Translations under genes and position numbers: made by a program
Source: Escherichia phage ST20
Length of the DNA stretch: 44,517 bases
Reading direction: 5' to 3' (one strand)
Sequence record: MF153391.1
Shown here: positions 16,277 to 26,157 of the stretch, piece by piece
Position numbering within the stretch: position 1 is the stretch's first letter
Layout of the letters: each line of letters begins with the position of its first letter
The notes under the pieces: generated by a model
Database searches by the model: none
What the model saw: the letters and a program-made list of their open reading frames with translations, nothing else
What the model was told of the DNA's origin: nothing

Positions 16277-16371
16277 AAATTTACTGGTTCTACGAAGAAG
16301 ACTGTCGAATCTGTCCACGCTGCGGAATTGAGCACACGAAACGCGAGGGGTGCGTAGATGAGTACGCCTGA
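16273..16371 (+). CDS. Hypothetical 32-aa Cys-rich peptide
   Basis: Hand translation MKIYWFYEEDCRICPRCGIEHTKREGCVDEYA; ATGA overlap upstream; very short. Confidence 0.2.
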   Translation: MKIYWFYEEDCRICPRCGIEHTKREGCVDEYA

Positions 16372-16645
16372 GGGCCGCATCCAGAAATACGCAAAAGAGC
16401 GATTCGAGGCCATTGGTGGTCTCGTTCGTAAACTGTCTTATGAGGGGCGTTCCGGCGCTCCTGACCTGCTGGTAATTCTCCCCGGTGGCATCATCTGGTT
16501 CGTCGAGGTGAAGAAAGACGAAAATACGAAGCCAGACCCGCACCAGATACGCGAGCACGAGCGGATGCGTAAACGCGGTGCAAATGTTTTTGTCGTCGGT
16601 TCGTTTAAACAGGTTGACGACCTAATAGCGAACTATTATAGTTAA
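16358..16645 (+). CDS. VRR-NUC domain nuclease (PD-(D/E)XK)
   Basis: ORF track 95 aa; PDLLVILPGG...FVEVK; GAGGGG upstream. Confidence 0.65.
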   Translation: MSTPEGRIQKYAKERFEAIGGLVRKLSYEGRSGAPDLLVILPGGIIWFVEVKKDENTKPDPHQIREHERMRKRGANVFVVGSFKQVDDLIANYYS

Positions 16646-16675
16646 TCACACACCAACAATATAAGGAATTGAGAA

Positions 16676-16783
16676 ATGAAACACGAATATGACCACAAAC
16701 CGGCACGTGACATCGTACCAGGCGACATGATTTTCAACGTTAAGACCCGTCGTCCTGTTGCCGTTGATACGGTGTTCGTCTAG
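16676..16783 (+). CDS. Hypothetical 35-aa protein ending at an in-frame TAG
   Basis: Hand translation MKHEYDHKPARDIVPGDMIFNVKTRRPVAVDTVFV; AAGGAA upstream; the frame stays open after the TAG to 16867. Confidence 0.25.
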   Translation: MKHEYDHKPARDIVPGDMIFNVKTRRPVAVDTVFV

Positions 16784-16863
16784 TCGAACGGTAAACTTGT
16801 TATCGAAGATGTAACCGGTAACGTTACCGCGTTCGGGCGTAAAGAGTTAGTTCTGGTGCTGAA

Positions 16864-17913
16864 ATGAACTATTACAATGAGTGGGATAAAGGCGCAGCCG
16901 CGTGGCTGCGTGAATTAATAAAACAGGGGCATATACCTTTTGGAGTTGTAGATGAAAGAAGCATTACCGAAGTTAAGCCAGAAGACCTCGACGGGTTCAC
17001 CCAGTGTCATTTTTTCGCTGGTATCGGCGGCTGGCCTCTCGCGCTCAGACTTGCGGGAGTTTCGGAAGATACGCCTATCTGGACGGGAAGCCCGCCGTGC
17101 CAACCGTTTAGCGCGGCAGGAAAGCAACTCGGACAGTTCGACCCAAGACACCTCGCGCCCGTATTCCTTGACCTCATCAGCGAGTGCCGCCCTCCAGTCC
17201 TCTTTGGGGAACAGGTTGCGCCAGCAATTGCAAAATCGTGGATGTGCGATTTACAAACTCACCTGGAAGGAGAAGACTACGCCGTCGGGTTTGCCGTACT
17301 CCCAGCTTGTAGCGTCGGCGCACCGCACAAACGCGACCGACTTTTCTTCGGCGCGCATAGATTGGCCCACGCCAGCGGTATCACTGATAACAAACGACGT
17401 GAACATGCGCAGCACAGACGGCAGGACGAAACCGAACAAACTGGGGTGGGCCGCCGCGATGGCGGCATGGGCGACGCCGACCGCGAACGACTTCAAAGGG
17501 AGCGGAGAGACAGTGATTCGCAAGGACGGAAAGGACAGAACATTCGACAGGCTGGACTATTCAACGGAACAGGGTCTGAAACTGACAAATTGGCCCACCC
17601 CTCGCAGTGCCGACGGGGAGAAGAACGTGAGGACATTAGAAGGCTCGATGTCAGAGATTCAGAGGAAGGGTGGACCCCAGGACGTGGCGCAAGCGGCGGC
17701 TATAGCACAACCAATACGCATCACGGCTTCTGGTCAGATACTGACTGGCTCGGATGCCGGGATGGAAAATTCAGGCCAGTTGAACCCGGCACATTCCCGC
17801 TGGCTAATGGGGTACCCGCCCGAGTGGGACGATTGCGCGGTTACGGCAATGCCATCGTCCCGCAAGTAGCCGCTGAATTTATAAAGGCGTTCATGGGGGT
17901 TGTAAATGTCTAA
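16864..17913 (+). CDS. DNA (cytosine-5)-methyltransferase; the middle of the gene appears to be encoded in the overlapping frame 16952-17869
   Basis: ORF track frame 1: [33 protein letters not shown], and C-terminal [13 protein letters not shown]; the frame-1 middle is Arg/Asp/Glu-rich low complexity while frame 2 carries WPTP-type repeats and [10 protein letters not shown]. Confidence 0.6.
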   Translation: MNYYNEWDKGAAAWLRELIKQGHIPFGVVDERSITEVKPEDLDGFTQCHFFAGIGGWPLALRLAGVSEDTPIWTGSPPCQPFSAAGKQLGQFDPRHLAPVFLDLISECRPPVLFGEQVAPAIAKSWMCDLQTHLEGEDYAVGFAVLPACSVGAPHKRDRLFFGAHRLAHASGITDNKRREHAQHRRQDETEQTGVGRRDGGMGDADRERLQRERRDSDSQGRKGQNIRQAGLFNGTGSETDKLAHPSQCRRGEEREDIRRLDVRDSEEGWTPGRGASGGYSTTNTHHGFWSDTDWLGCRDGKFRPVEPGTFPLANGVPARVGRLRGYGNAIVPQVAAEFIKAFMGVVNV

Positions 17914-19330
17914 GTTTCAAAGGCGCGAGTACCAAAAGCTCATGACTTCGTTCATGTTGCAGCACCCTCGCTGTAATATTTGGGCTTCGATGGGTAGCGG
18001 CAAGTCGGGGTCAACGTTGTGGGTTCTCAACCGACTGTTCCGTAATGGGCAACTTAATGACGACGACCGAGTGTTAATTCTGGCCCCTTTACGTGTTGCG
18101 TCAGGTACGTGGCCAGCGGAACAGGCACGTTGGAACTTCCCGTGTCTGAGTGTCGTAGATGCAACTGGTTCAGAGAAGCGCCGCATCGCGGCGCTGGAGT
18201 CGGATGCTAACGTGGTGTGCACGAACTACGAAGTTATCGAGTGGCTGATTGACTACTACGGCAAAGATGACTGGCCTTTTACCGTTATCGTTGCCGATGA
18301 AAGCACGAAACTGAAATCATTCCGCAGCCGTTCGGGTGGTAGCAAGCGTGCAAAGGCGCTCAGTAAGGTTGCGTTCGGAAAGGTTAAGCGTTTCATCAAC
18401 CTGACGGGCACACCGTCGCCAAATGGCCTCAAGGACTTGTGGGGCCAGAACTGGTTTATCGACGCTGGCGAGCGCCTTGGTTCTTCATACACGGCATTCA
18501 CAGACCGCTGGTTTAACTCAGTACAGAAAGGCAAATCTGCTATGGCGCGTGAATACCATGCGCGCCCGGGCGCAGACAATGAGATTCATCAGAAGATGAA
18601 GGACATTAGTCTCACAATTGACGCTGCCGAGTGGTTCGGTTGCGAAGCGCCTGTTATCGTGCCGGTTGAAATCGACCTGCCGAAGAAAGCGCGCCAGGCG
18701 TATATCGATATGGAGGAGAAGTTATTCGCGGAACTGGAGAGCGGAGAAGTTGAGGCGGCTAACGCCGCGGCGAAGACGTCTAAGTGTCTGCAGATTGCCT
18801 CCGGTGCCGTATATGTATCAGGACCAGACGGAGAAGCAACCAAAGACTGGGAGAAAGTGCACGACACGAAACTGGATGCGCTGGAGTCCATTGTCGAGGA
18901 GTTGCAGGGTGCACCGTTGCTTGTGGCCTATCAGTTTAAGCACGAACTGGAGCGCATCCTTAAGCGTTTTCCACAGGCGCAGGCGTTCGCCAAAGGCGCT
19001 AAGGGTAATAAGCAGATGGAAGCGTGGAACCGTGGTGAGATACCTATGCTCCTGATACACCCAGCTTCTGCGGGCCACGGGCTGTCGCTACAACACGGCG
19101 GACATCACATGGCCTTTATGAGTCAGGGATGGAACTTGGAACACTATTTGCAGGTTATCGAACGCATAGGTCCGGTAAGGCAGATGCAATCTGGATACAA
19201 ACGGTCTGTATTCATTTATCAAATAATAGCCCGAAATACTCTTGATGAAGTTGTCGCCGCTCGTACAGACGAGAAAAGGTCTGTACAGGACGAACTACTT
19301 AATTATATGAAGCGCAGAGGTAAGAAATGA
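17906..19330 (+). CDS. SNF2/DEAD-like superfamily 2 helicase
   Basis: ORF track 474 aa; Walker A MGSGKSG and motif II VIVADEST. Confidence 0.7.
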   Translation: MSKFQRREYQKLMTSFMLQHPRCNIWASMGSGKSGSTLWVLNRLFRNGQLNDDDRVLILAPLRVASGTWPAEQARWNFPCLSVVDATGSEKRRIAALESDANVVCTNYEVIEWLIDYYGKDDWPFTVIVADESTKLKSFRSRSGGSKRAKALSKVAFGKVKRFINLTGTPSPNGLKDLWGQNWFIDAGERLGSSYTAFTDRWFNSVQKGKSAMAREYHARPGADNEIHQKMKDISLTIDAAEWFGCEAPVIVPVEIDLPKKARQAYIDMEEKLFAELESGEVEAANAAAKTSKCLQIASGAVYVSGPDGEATKDWEKVHDTKLDALESIVEELQGAPLLVAYQFKHELERILKRFPQAQAFAKGAKGNKQMEAWNRGEIPMLLIHPASAGHGLSLQHGGHHMAFMSQGWNLEHYLQVIERIGPVRQMQSGYKRSVFIYQIIARNTLDEVVAARTDEKRSVQDELLNYMKRRGKK

Positions 19331-19512
19331 AACTTAATGTTGGTGATGAAATATACAGCGTACATTCTTTCAATACTTTCTACATCGAGTACATATCAAA
19401 AGACGGCAACAGCTTTGTTTTGGTAAGCTCGGACGGTAAATACGAAAAGTCACGCTGCTACACGCTGCCAGACATAAAGCGCAGTTTCAAGAAAAGCGAA
19501 GGTAAGAAATGA
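19327..19512 (+). CDS. Hypothetical protein
   Basis: ORF track; ATGA overlaps at both ends with a GGTAAGAAATGA junction. Confidence 0.5.
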   Translation: MKLNVGDEIYSVHSFNTFYIEYISKDGNSFVLVSSDGKYEKSRCYTLPDIKRSFKKSEGKK

Positions 19513-19646
19513 ACATCATAGCCCCAATTCCGGCATTGCAAAAACGTATCAAGGAACTCGAAGAAGAGGTTCTGCGACTACGGCAGCAGAGAGACGCCGC
19601 TAATGCGCAACTGGCGTTTGTACTGGAGAAGTTATCAGAAGAGTAG
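19509..19646 (+). CDS. Hypothetical 45-aa coiled-coil protein
   Basis: Hand translation MNIIAPIPALQKRIKELEEEVLRLRQQRDAANAQLAFVLEKLSEE. Confidence 0.4.
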   Translation: MNIIAPIPALQKRIKELEEEVLRLRQQRDAANAQLAFVLEKLSEE

Positions 19647-19650
19647 AGAA

Positions 19651-19677
19651 AAGGCCCCGTTTGGGGCCTTAGTTTTA
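19651..19677. terminator. Bidirectional terminator between convergent transcription units
   Basis: Stem AAGGCCCC/GGGGCCTT with loop GTTT, U-rich on both strands; same family as 31958 and 40973. Confidence 0.65.
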
Positions 19678-22221
19678 CTGGAAATACCCAGATTGCGAGT
19701 ATCCAGTTTTTGCTGTTGAAGCCGTAACAACAGTGCCAGTTATGGTAGCTCCAAACTCTGTAGCAGTTCCGATGATAAAAGTCGTGTTGGTATCAACACT
19801 CTGCCCGTTCCCTATGGGAACAGATGCGGATGTGTAATCAACATAATTGTTGAAAATACAGTCCTGGATAGTAACCTTTATCGCACCGCGAAATCTTGTT
19901 CCGTTGAACTCAGTTCCATAAAAAGATATACGGTTTGATGTACCCGCCGTGCCTGTGAAGTAAGTAATGCTCCCTCCATAAACTTTTGTGCGTATATAGT
20001 TACCTTCCGCACGCAAGCTCTGCCACGGGCAGTCACGAACAGTCATATAGATTCTGGTGTTTGTTCCGGTAGTAAGGATGGTATTTGTGCTGTTAGCGTC
20101 ATCAAGTATGGTCTCTCCGTATGTCGCCGGGTCTATATTTACAACACCTTTCACGCGGATGTTCACGTCATGTCGCCGTATCTCAGAACGCTGTAAAGTG
20201 TTCCATTCCACCCCGCGGACCTTAAATTTATTTGTACCAGAACTGTTATCACACGTTATGTTTTCTATATCTATATTACTTGGGTAAATAACACTAGAGA
20301 CTATTGCAGAGGTACAACCAACCCCTAATGCACGCAGATAACTTCCAGGCATGGTGTTTATGATGAAAGTGCAATCTTTAATAGATATGCTCTTGGGCAT
20401 AACGACTGTACGCATAAAATCGTGTGCACCCACGGTGGAATCGATAAATGCCGACACTATAGATGCCGTTATGCCAGTAGACGATGAGTAGAAGTTACTG
20501 AAGTCGAAAATAACATTCTTAACTACGACGGCTCCGTCCCACTCAGCACCGTAGTCACCTCGAAGGGCTACGACAGTGTACTGTTCATCGGATACCGTGG
20601 ATGATTCCGCATAAACCTTGATGTTTTCCACATGGAGTAATCCTCCTCCGGAAACAGCGATGCAGCGCCCCCTTCGTGCCGTGAGGTTTTTGAAAGTGTA
20701 GTCGTAGCACCTAAAGTGAGAGCCTACACGGTCGATTATGGAATCACTAATAGAAACATTTCGGCAATAGTTGCCGTCAAGCTGCGCCCAACCATCAAAA
20801 GATGTCATATTTCTGATGGAAATTTTAGAACTTGTCCATGTGTTTATAACGTAGTTGTAATCAACGATACCTACACTCAACGGGTCACATGAGATACCCT
20901 CTATAGTTACGTTATAACAAAATTCTACGCTGAGTAGGGATTGAACCGGTATTGTTGCTGATGTCGTGCCTTTCTCATAGTAGAAATTTTTTATGACAAC
21001 GTTGTTCCTTTGAACGCCGAAGGGGTTGGCATTGGTTAACGCACCCTCAGACCGCAACCGGAAACCATCAATGGTTATAGTCGGTAGAAGGATACTTTGA
21101 ATTTTAATCGCAGATATTGAGCTGAAAGTCGTCCACAGTGGCGCGTCAAGAGTTCCGTCCTTGCCAATTACTACCGGTTGACGTTTAAGTTGCAACGCAG
21201 GGCCAGTATCACGTTTACGATTTAGGTCGGTTTCCGTAGACTGAATAGCTGCGTAACAGTTTGCGTAACCGGACAGACTTGGAATCTTCATCCGTGTTGC
21301 TACGAACTCAGAAATAACAACATCACTCTGTGAGAGGGTTATCTCATCAGCAACAGAGCGTACGACAAACCCACGGCCAGTGATTGAATTTGAACTGAAC
21401 TTAAACCCACCGGTAAACGCGGCATCAGTGTTAAATACAATCTGCCGGGAGGAGTCGTTTGGGGTGACGAAAGCATTACCACCATTTTGCACAATAGGAA
21501 TTTTATTAGCGTTAGCGTAGGTGTGCGCCGCTACCACCGGTAATGTATCGTCTGTTGCCCCGTCAAGCTCCGCACCAAACATGTAATAATCAACACTGTC
21601 TGTTTTTAGACGCCACCCGTGACCTGTCGCATCGTAAAATAAAGCTTCTGTTCCGCTAGACGGAGTGCCTGTAGTTCCGGTCTTAACGTACTCCGCCGGG
21701 CCTTTACCTTCTGTGTGGTGTCCTAAAGTGCGTAATGTTTTAGAGTTAACGTTTTCTACAAGTTTAGCCGACTCAAAAGTATCTACGACATATACAGACC
21801 CTCCTACTAACGACGCACCAGATGTGGATGTTAGCTCGTTGCGTAAATCGGGGTCAGTTTGCGGTTTCCAGTCAGCGTTTCCCACAGGGTTAAAACCGGC
21901 TGGAACTGTAACAGGAAGTGCACCCGCATACGAGTACCACGTTTTACTTACAGGGTCATACACCACTTTGTCGCGGCCATTAACTGTCAACGTACCGCCC
22001 GTGGAGAAATCCCACGATACTGGAGAAAACCCAGCATAGCGCAGTACCGCCGGGAGCGTCTTCTGCGTCTGACCCGTAACAGCATTGGTCGCGTAATCAA
22101 TATCAGCGCCAGTAGCCACCCCGCCGGATTTACCGGTGATAACCTCGGCTTCGAAAATCTGGTGCTTCTTGGCGGTTTGTAAATCCGCCAGGCTTAAAAC
22201 GTCACCGCATCCGCTTGACAT
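19675..22221 (-). CDS. Tailspike or tail fibre (receptor-binding protein)
   Basis: ORF track 848 aa; last gene of the tail operon; Ser/Thr/Asn/Gly-rich repetitive composition typical of beta-helix tailspikes. Confidence 0.6.
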   Translation of the reverse strand: MSSGCGDVLSLADLQTAKKHQIFEAEVITGKSGGVATGADIDYATNAVTGQTQKTLPAVLRYAGFSPVSWDFSTGGTLTVNGRDKVVYDPVSKTWYSYAGALPVTVPAGFNPVGNADWKPQTDPDLRNELTSTSGASLVGGSVYVVDTFESAKLVENVNSKTLRTLGHHTEGKGPAEYVKTGTTGTPSSGTEALFYDATGHGWRLKTDSVDYYMFGAELDGATDDTLPVVAAHTYANANKIPIVQNGGNAFVTPNDSSRQIVFNTDAAFTGGFKFSSNSITGRGFVVRSVADEITLSQSDVVISEFVATRMKIPSLSGYANCYAAIQSTETDLNRKRDTGPALQLKRQPVVIGKDGTLDAPLWTTFSSISAIKIQSILLPTITIDGFRLRSEGALTNANPFGVQRNNVVIKNFYYEKGTTSATIPVQSLLSVEFCYNVTIEGISCDPLSVGIVDYNYVINTWTSSKISIRNMTSFDGWAQLDGNYCRNVSISDSIIDRVGSHFRCYDYTFKNLTARRGRCIAVSGGGLLHVENIKVYAESSTVSDEQYTVVALRGDYGAEWDGAVVVKNVIFDFSNFYSSSTGITASIVSAFIDSTVGAHDFMRTVVMPKSISIKDCTFIINTMPGSYLRALGVGCTSAIVSSVIYPSNIDIENITCDNSSGTNKFKVRGVEWNTLQRSEIRRHDVNIRVKGVVNIDPATYGETILDDANSTNTILTTGTNTRIYMTVRDCPWQSLRAEGNYIRTKVYGGSITYFTGTAGTSNRISFYGTEFNGTRFRGAIKVTIQDCIFNNYVDYTSASVPIGNGQSVDTNTTFIIGTATEFGATITGTVVTASTAKTGYSQSGYFQ

Positions 22222-22233
22222 ATAGAGTCCTCT

Positions 22234-24792
22234 TTAATTAAAACCATTGCTGAATCCGTCGGAGAAACCGCTGCCGTATGGCGCGACGCCGTCGTATTTA
22301 TAGAATCCGTCGTCATAGTTGTAGCCAGTAATCTTGACCGTGCGGTCGTCGCCAGGGTCGATTGAAGAAACAACTATCTTCTGAGCATTATGCCTTGCTT
22401 CGTTGCCGAATGAAAACTCAGTTTTTAGCGCACTATTCCCCGTGTATATTGCCTCCTCCGGAGCGGAGAGCATAATCACCTCGCGGTCGTGGCTTCCTTT
22501 GATAACAGAGATACTTTGCACCGAGCCATCGCGCTTCTTGAGGATGATGGAGTGGTCATCGCCCGGGGTAAACGTAACAGGCTGCGACAGCGTCAGCGTA
22601 AGCCCATTAACGGCAACAACATAGCCGTCCTGTGGCGCGATGCGTGAACCTTTAACTACGCTGATTACCCCACCGGGCGTAGCGAGCGCACCCTCTTCCG
22701 TAGCTTCGAACTCTACGACAACTTTACTTAACGCGTTGCGCTGATAGCGACGCCACGCCAGCCAGTACGCCTGCTGATAGTTACGAACGCCCTTCGATTC
22801 GTATTCCTCAGTGTTTGCGCCGAGTTCTTCCGGGATATAAATCGTTTCCTGTACGTTCGTATCCGGGTCGATGTACGAGAACGACAGGCTATCGTAGGTT
22901 GTCGAATCGTTGAACGTGCGCGTCCATTTCTCCGTACCTGTCGTCTTACTGCGGTGGGTGAACACCATTTCAGGCCCCGCGACAGGACGGTCAAAGCGCA
23001 ACATAATATCAGCGCCTTTACGGTACGCAGTACAGAACACGGCTTCCGCTATGGTCTGGACAATATCCTGCATCGTGGTGTCGTAATCGTCGAACGTGTA
23101 GCAGAACTGACCTGCTAACTCACTTCCGAAATAGGACTCAATCTCTTCCTGCACAGCAAGTAACTTATCCATGTTTGCCGTTGTCAGTTCCAGATTGCCT
23201 ACTGCGGGGTCACGTGCCAGTCTGATTAGCGACTGCACCGCCTGTGTATTAGGTGCCATTACCGTATCGAATACGCCATTACCGAGGTATTTGTAGCACA
23301 TCTCGGTTGCAATCATGCGCAGTTCCGGGTTGTCGACACTGGCTGCACGCGGTGTCTGTTTACGGGCGCAATGTACGGTAGTTCTGTTGCCGTAATGTGG
23401 GGTTGTGTCCAGAGACTGCCCGTACAGGTTAATGAACGTTATCTCGTCACTTACCGTACCGTCGTAGTCTTTATCGAAATTCGTTATACGGCGCATACGG
23501 GCACGGAACCGAGACGCGGTCGGTAACTGCCCGTAGATAGACGTACCGACGTAATCCGTGCTATTACCAGTAATTGTAGCCCGTACCGTGTAAATGTCGC
23601 TCAAAGGGTTACGCTGAGAGTCAATCGTCTGGTACTGGAGTTCTACCGTTACGCTGGCGCGGTTATATCCACCGTCGTATTTGTAGAGGCCGTTTTGCCC
23701 TGCAACGTTAACTAGCACCCGGTCAACTTCTCCGCGCACCATGTAGTACCAGTCCGAAAGCGACGGCCCATAAGTGTCCTTAGGCCCGATAAACGTGATT
23801 GATTGCTCGGTCAGGTCGTAGGTGGTGCTCCCGAGGTTAGGCCATTGGTTAGTACCACCTGTAGCTATTCTCACCTCAAAATCGTCCACGTAAAGCACTT
23901 CAAACTCCCCATCTAAAACGGCAACGTCCTTAACCCAAAATTCAGTTAAGACCGCAATGTCTCCGACATTAAGAAATTCGGTAAAGGCGGAATCCCCGGA
24001 GCTGTCATATATGTAGCCTATTTTAGTAGACGAGTCGTAACGAACTCTCCCGTCAGCGCTCGGGTTAGCTCCGATGTCGTTGGGTGCTTTCAGTACAATA
24101 CCGTCAACATCGTCGTTGGAGTATGTCACATAGAGTTTCTGGTCAATGACGTCGCCGATTTGTAGTTGCGGTGAAGCGGTGTTGTTCGGCGAAGTATACG
24201 GCGCATACACGGCAACAGAGGAACCTGTGATATCACTTATCAGGGTGTCACCTTCCGTGACGCCATCAGCCTCGATATGCAGATGCCCGCGCCCTGCGTC
24301 ATAGTACGAATACTCCAGCAAAGCACCAGTGGAGTTGAATGCCTTGTACGTCTGCATCAGGTCATTAGGGATTGTCTGCACAGTCCCGCAGATGTCATAA
24401 GAGCGCTCGTAAGGGCGCGGCTTGTTGGAGCGGTCTGTTAGGCTGTTATTCGGGGACGTTGTCTGGTTGTTAGTCGCCGTGTAGTTGGCGTTTGCGGACA
24501 TGTTCAGCCCAAATAACTTAGCGATTGGCTTAAGGATAAAACCGAACACCTTACTAACGGCACCAAGCGCCCCGCTACCCGCGCCCTCAATAATGTGGTA
24601 CACGGCGTCTTCGTCTTTAAGCGCGTCGAAGTCGTCAGTTACGTCGGTATCGTCGCCAATCTCGCCGAGGTAGACGCGCACAGGCACGCCGTCTGGGATA
24701 CGGTTAACGACAAACTCCATCGGCATCCCGACGTGTTTTGTACGGTCGAAAGCGCCGTCGGCGTTTCGCGTGTAGTGCAGGATTATCGCCAA
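22234..24792 (-). CDS. Tail tip protein (J-like central fibre)
   Basis: ORF track 852 aa; position downstream of the distal tail genes. Confidence 0.5.
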   Translation of the reverse strand: MAIILHYTRNADGAFDRTKHVGMPMEFVVNRIPDGVPVRVYLGEIGDDTDVTDDFDALKDEDAVYHIIEGAGSGALGAVSKVFGFILKPIAKLFGLNMSANANYTATNNQTTSPNNSLTDRSNKPRPYERSYDICGTVQTIPNDLMQTYKAFNSTGALLEYSYYDAGRGHLHIEADGVTEGDTLISDITGSSVAVYAPYTSPNNTASPQLQIGDVIDQKLYVTYSNDDVDGIVLKAPNDIGANPSADGRVRYDSSTKIGYIYDSSGDSAFTEFLNVGDIAVLTEFWVKDVAVLDGEFEVLYVDDFEVRIATGGTNQWPNLGSTTYDLTEQSITFIGPKDTYGPSLSDWYYMVRGEVDRVLVNVAGQNGLYKYDGGYNRASVTVELQYQTIDSQRNPLSDIYTVRATITGNSTDYVGTSIYGQLPTASRFRARMRRITNFDKDYDGTVSDEITFINLYGQSLDTTPHYGNRTTVHCARKQTPRAASVDNPELRMIATEMCYKYLGNGVFDTVMAPNTQAVQSLIRLARDPAVGNLELTTANMDKLLAVQEEIESYFGSELAGQFCYTFDDYDTTMQDIVQTIAEAVFCTAYRKGADIMLRFDRPVAGPEMVFTHRSKTTGTEKWTRTFNDSTTYDSLSFSYIDPDTNVQETIYIPEELGANTEEYESKGVRNYQQAYWLAWRRYQRNALSKVVVEFEATEEGALATPGGVISVVKGSRIAPQDGYVVAVNGLTLTLSQPVTFTPGDDHSIILKKRDGSVQSISVIKGSHDREVIMLSAPEEAIYTGNSALKTEFSFGNEARHNAQKIVVSSIDPGDDRTVKITGYNYDDGFYKYDGVAPYGSGFSDGFSNGFN

Positions 24793-25148
24793 AATTCAAT
24801 CTCCGTGTACGTGTCTCTGAGGTCCGCCAGCCTGTCAAGCCGTACCTGACGGGACGCAAGCTCGCAATGACTCACCATACCGTCGAAGTAAACTCCTGCG
24901 TGCCACACAATACGACCGCCACGTCGGTACCCCATAAGCACCGCACAGAAGTTTTCAGGCTTATCAATTTTTGTAAGCCCCTTCGTGTTGCGGTGACCTT
25001 CGTCAAACGCTTCGTTAATTGCCGTTGGGCTTGTAACGTCGAACGCCGGGGTTTCTAACCCGGCATCCGCGCGGACAATGCGCACATGATGCCAGCAATT
25101 GCGTTTACGAAAGTCGTAAGGTATGCCCGTGTAGTCGTTAATATTCAT
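24783..25148 (-). CDS. Tail assembly protein, putative NlpC/P60-type (K-like)
   Basis: ORF track 121 aa; Cys/His pair in NCWHHVRIV; position. Confidence 0.4.
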   Translation of the reverse strand: MNINDYTGIPYDFRKRNCWHHVRIVRADAGLETPAFDVTSPTAINEAFDEGHRNTKGLTKIDKPENFCAVLMGYRRGGRIVWHAGVYFDGMVSHCELASRQVRLDRLADLRDTYTEIEFWR

Positions 25149-25660
25149 GTGGTCAACAGGCCGCGCAATAACGGTATCTCTTTAGGTGTCATCAGTATAC
25201 CAGTGCTTCGTTGGTTCAGCATAGGTGTACCAACATCTGCAGAGAACTCGCCTTTCTCCTGGTTGATTGCCTGCAACTCGTACACGACGGGGCCGTCGGC
25301 CGGATAAGACAGGTCGGTGCTGACGTAACGGCGGAAGACGAACTTCGGCAGCTCCGTATTGCTCATCGGAATTTTATCCATCTCATCATCCAGTTGATTG
25401 AGAATATCCGGTAAAGTAAATGTTGTCGTCTGGTCCATGTCGTTATTGTTAGCCGCCCCCGACGCCTCCATCGGGGTGGGTTCGAACGTGATTGTTTCGC
25501 CCGTCTCCAGTGTTGCCGTGAGTTCCTGTAGCCCGCGCACAAGATAATACGTCTTCGATAGCAACGGGTGGCTTATTTGCAACGTGATGTAGTCCATCTC
25601 GCCGTCGGGATTTGAGGCCAGCTTACGGCGATAGGCTGCTTCTACTGATTCCTGACTCAT
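25145..25660 (-). CDS. Minor tail protein (L-like)
   Basis: ORF track 25145..25675; ATG at 25660 in ATGA overlap with the upstream stop. Confidence 0.4.
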   Translation of the reverse strand: MSQESVEAAYRRKLASNPDGEMDYITLQISHPLLSKTYYLVRGLQELTATLETGETITFEPTPMEASGAANNNDMDQTTTFTLPDILNQLDDEMDKIPMSNTELPKFVFRRYVSTDLSYPADGPVVYELQAINQEKGEFSADVGTPMLNQRSTGILMTPKEIPLLRGLLTT

Positions 25661-26157
25661 TGCATAGGGTCCCAAATTCGTGGAAACGTTGATTGCGCAG
25701 TTCCGTAGGCTTTAAGGAAACATCCCAGCCCGTCGCCATAGCAACCATACAAATCTGGCAGATTATTAATCAGGCACTGGTTCTCAAGGTCCTGGAACGG
25801 TGATTTCTCCGCGGTTGCCGTGAAAGTAATCGTCCAGTTAATCCCGTCTTCGGTGGACTCGGCGATGGTGGACGTGATGGTGACCTGATAATCCTCTATA
25901 CCCATGCCGAAGTCGTGCGCCATCCAGAAACTTGACGCACCACCATCGACTTTCTCAAGGAACGACAGAAACGCCTGCCGCCCCAGCGCGGAGGTAATCA
26001 GGGTTACACTTATTGGGAACACGTCGTAATACGTGTCGCGGCCCTGACGCGCCCCGCCACCAGCTAAATCGACACTCCAGACGTTGTTGCGTCTGGTCAT
26101 TGAGTAGCCTTTTGATACCACCGGCTTAAGGCTACGTGGAAAGTATAAGTCGCTCAT
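25657..26157 (-). CDS. Minor tail protein (M-like)
   Basis: ORF track; immediately downstream of the tape measure gene. Confidence 0.4.
   Translation of the reverse strand: MSDLYFPRSLKPVVSKGYSMTRRNNVWSVDLAGGGARQGRDTYYDVFPISVTLITSALGRQAFLSFLEKVDGGASSFWMAHDFGMGIEDYQVTITSTIAESTEDGINWTITFTATAEKSPFQDLENQCLINNLPDLYGCYGDGLGCFLKAYGTAQSTFPRIWDPMQ

Noticed and set aside
16148-16558. 136-aa minus-strand ORF
   Set aside because: Antisense to the end of the polymerase gene and the VRR-NUC gene; no start context
19675-22221. Calling the tailspike a specific enzyme class such as endosialidase or a P22-type endorhamnosidase
   Set aside because: No specific catalytic signature could be confirmed by eye; kept as a generic receptor-binding tailspike
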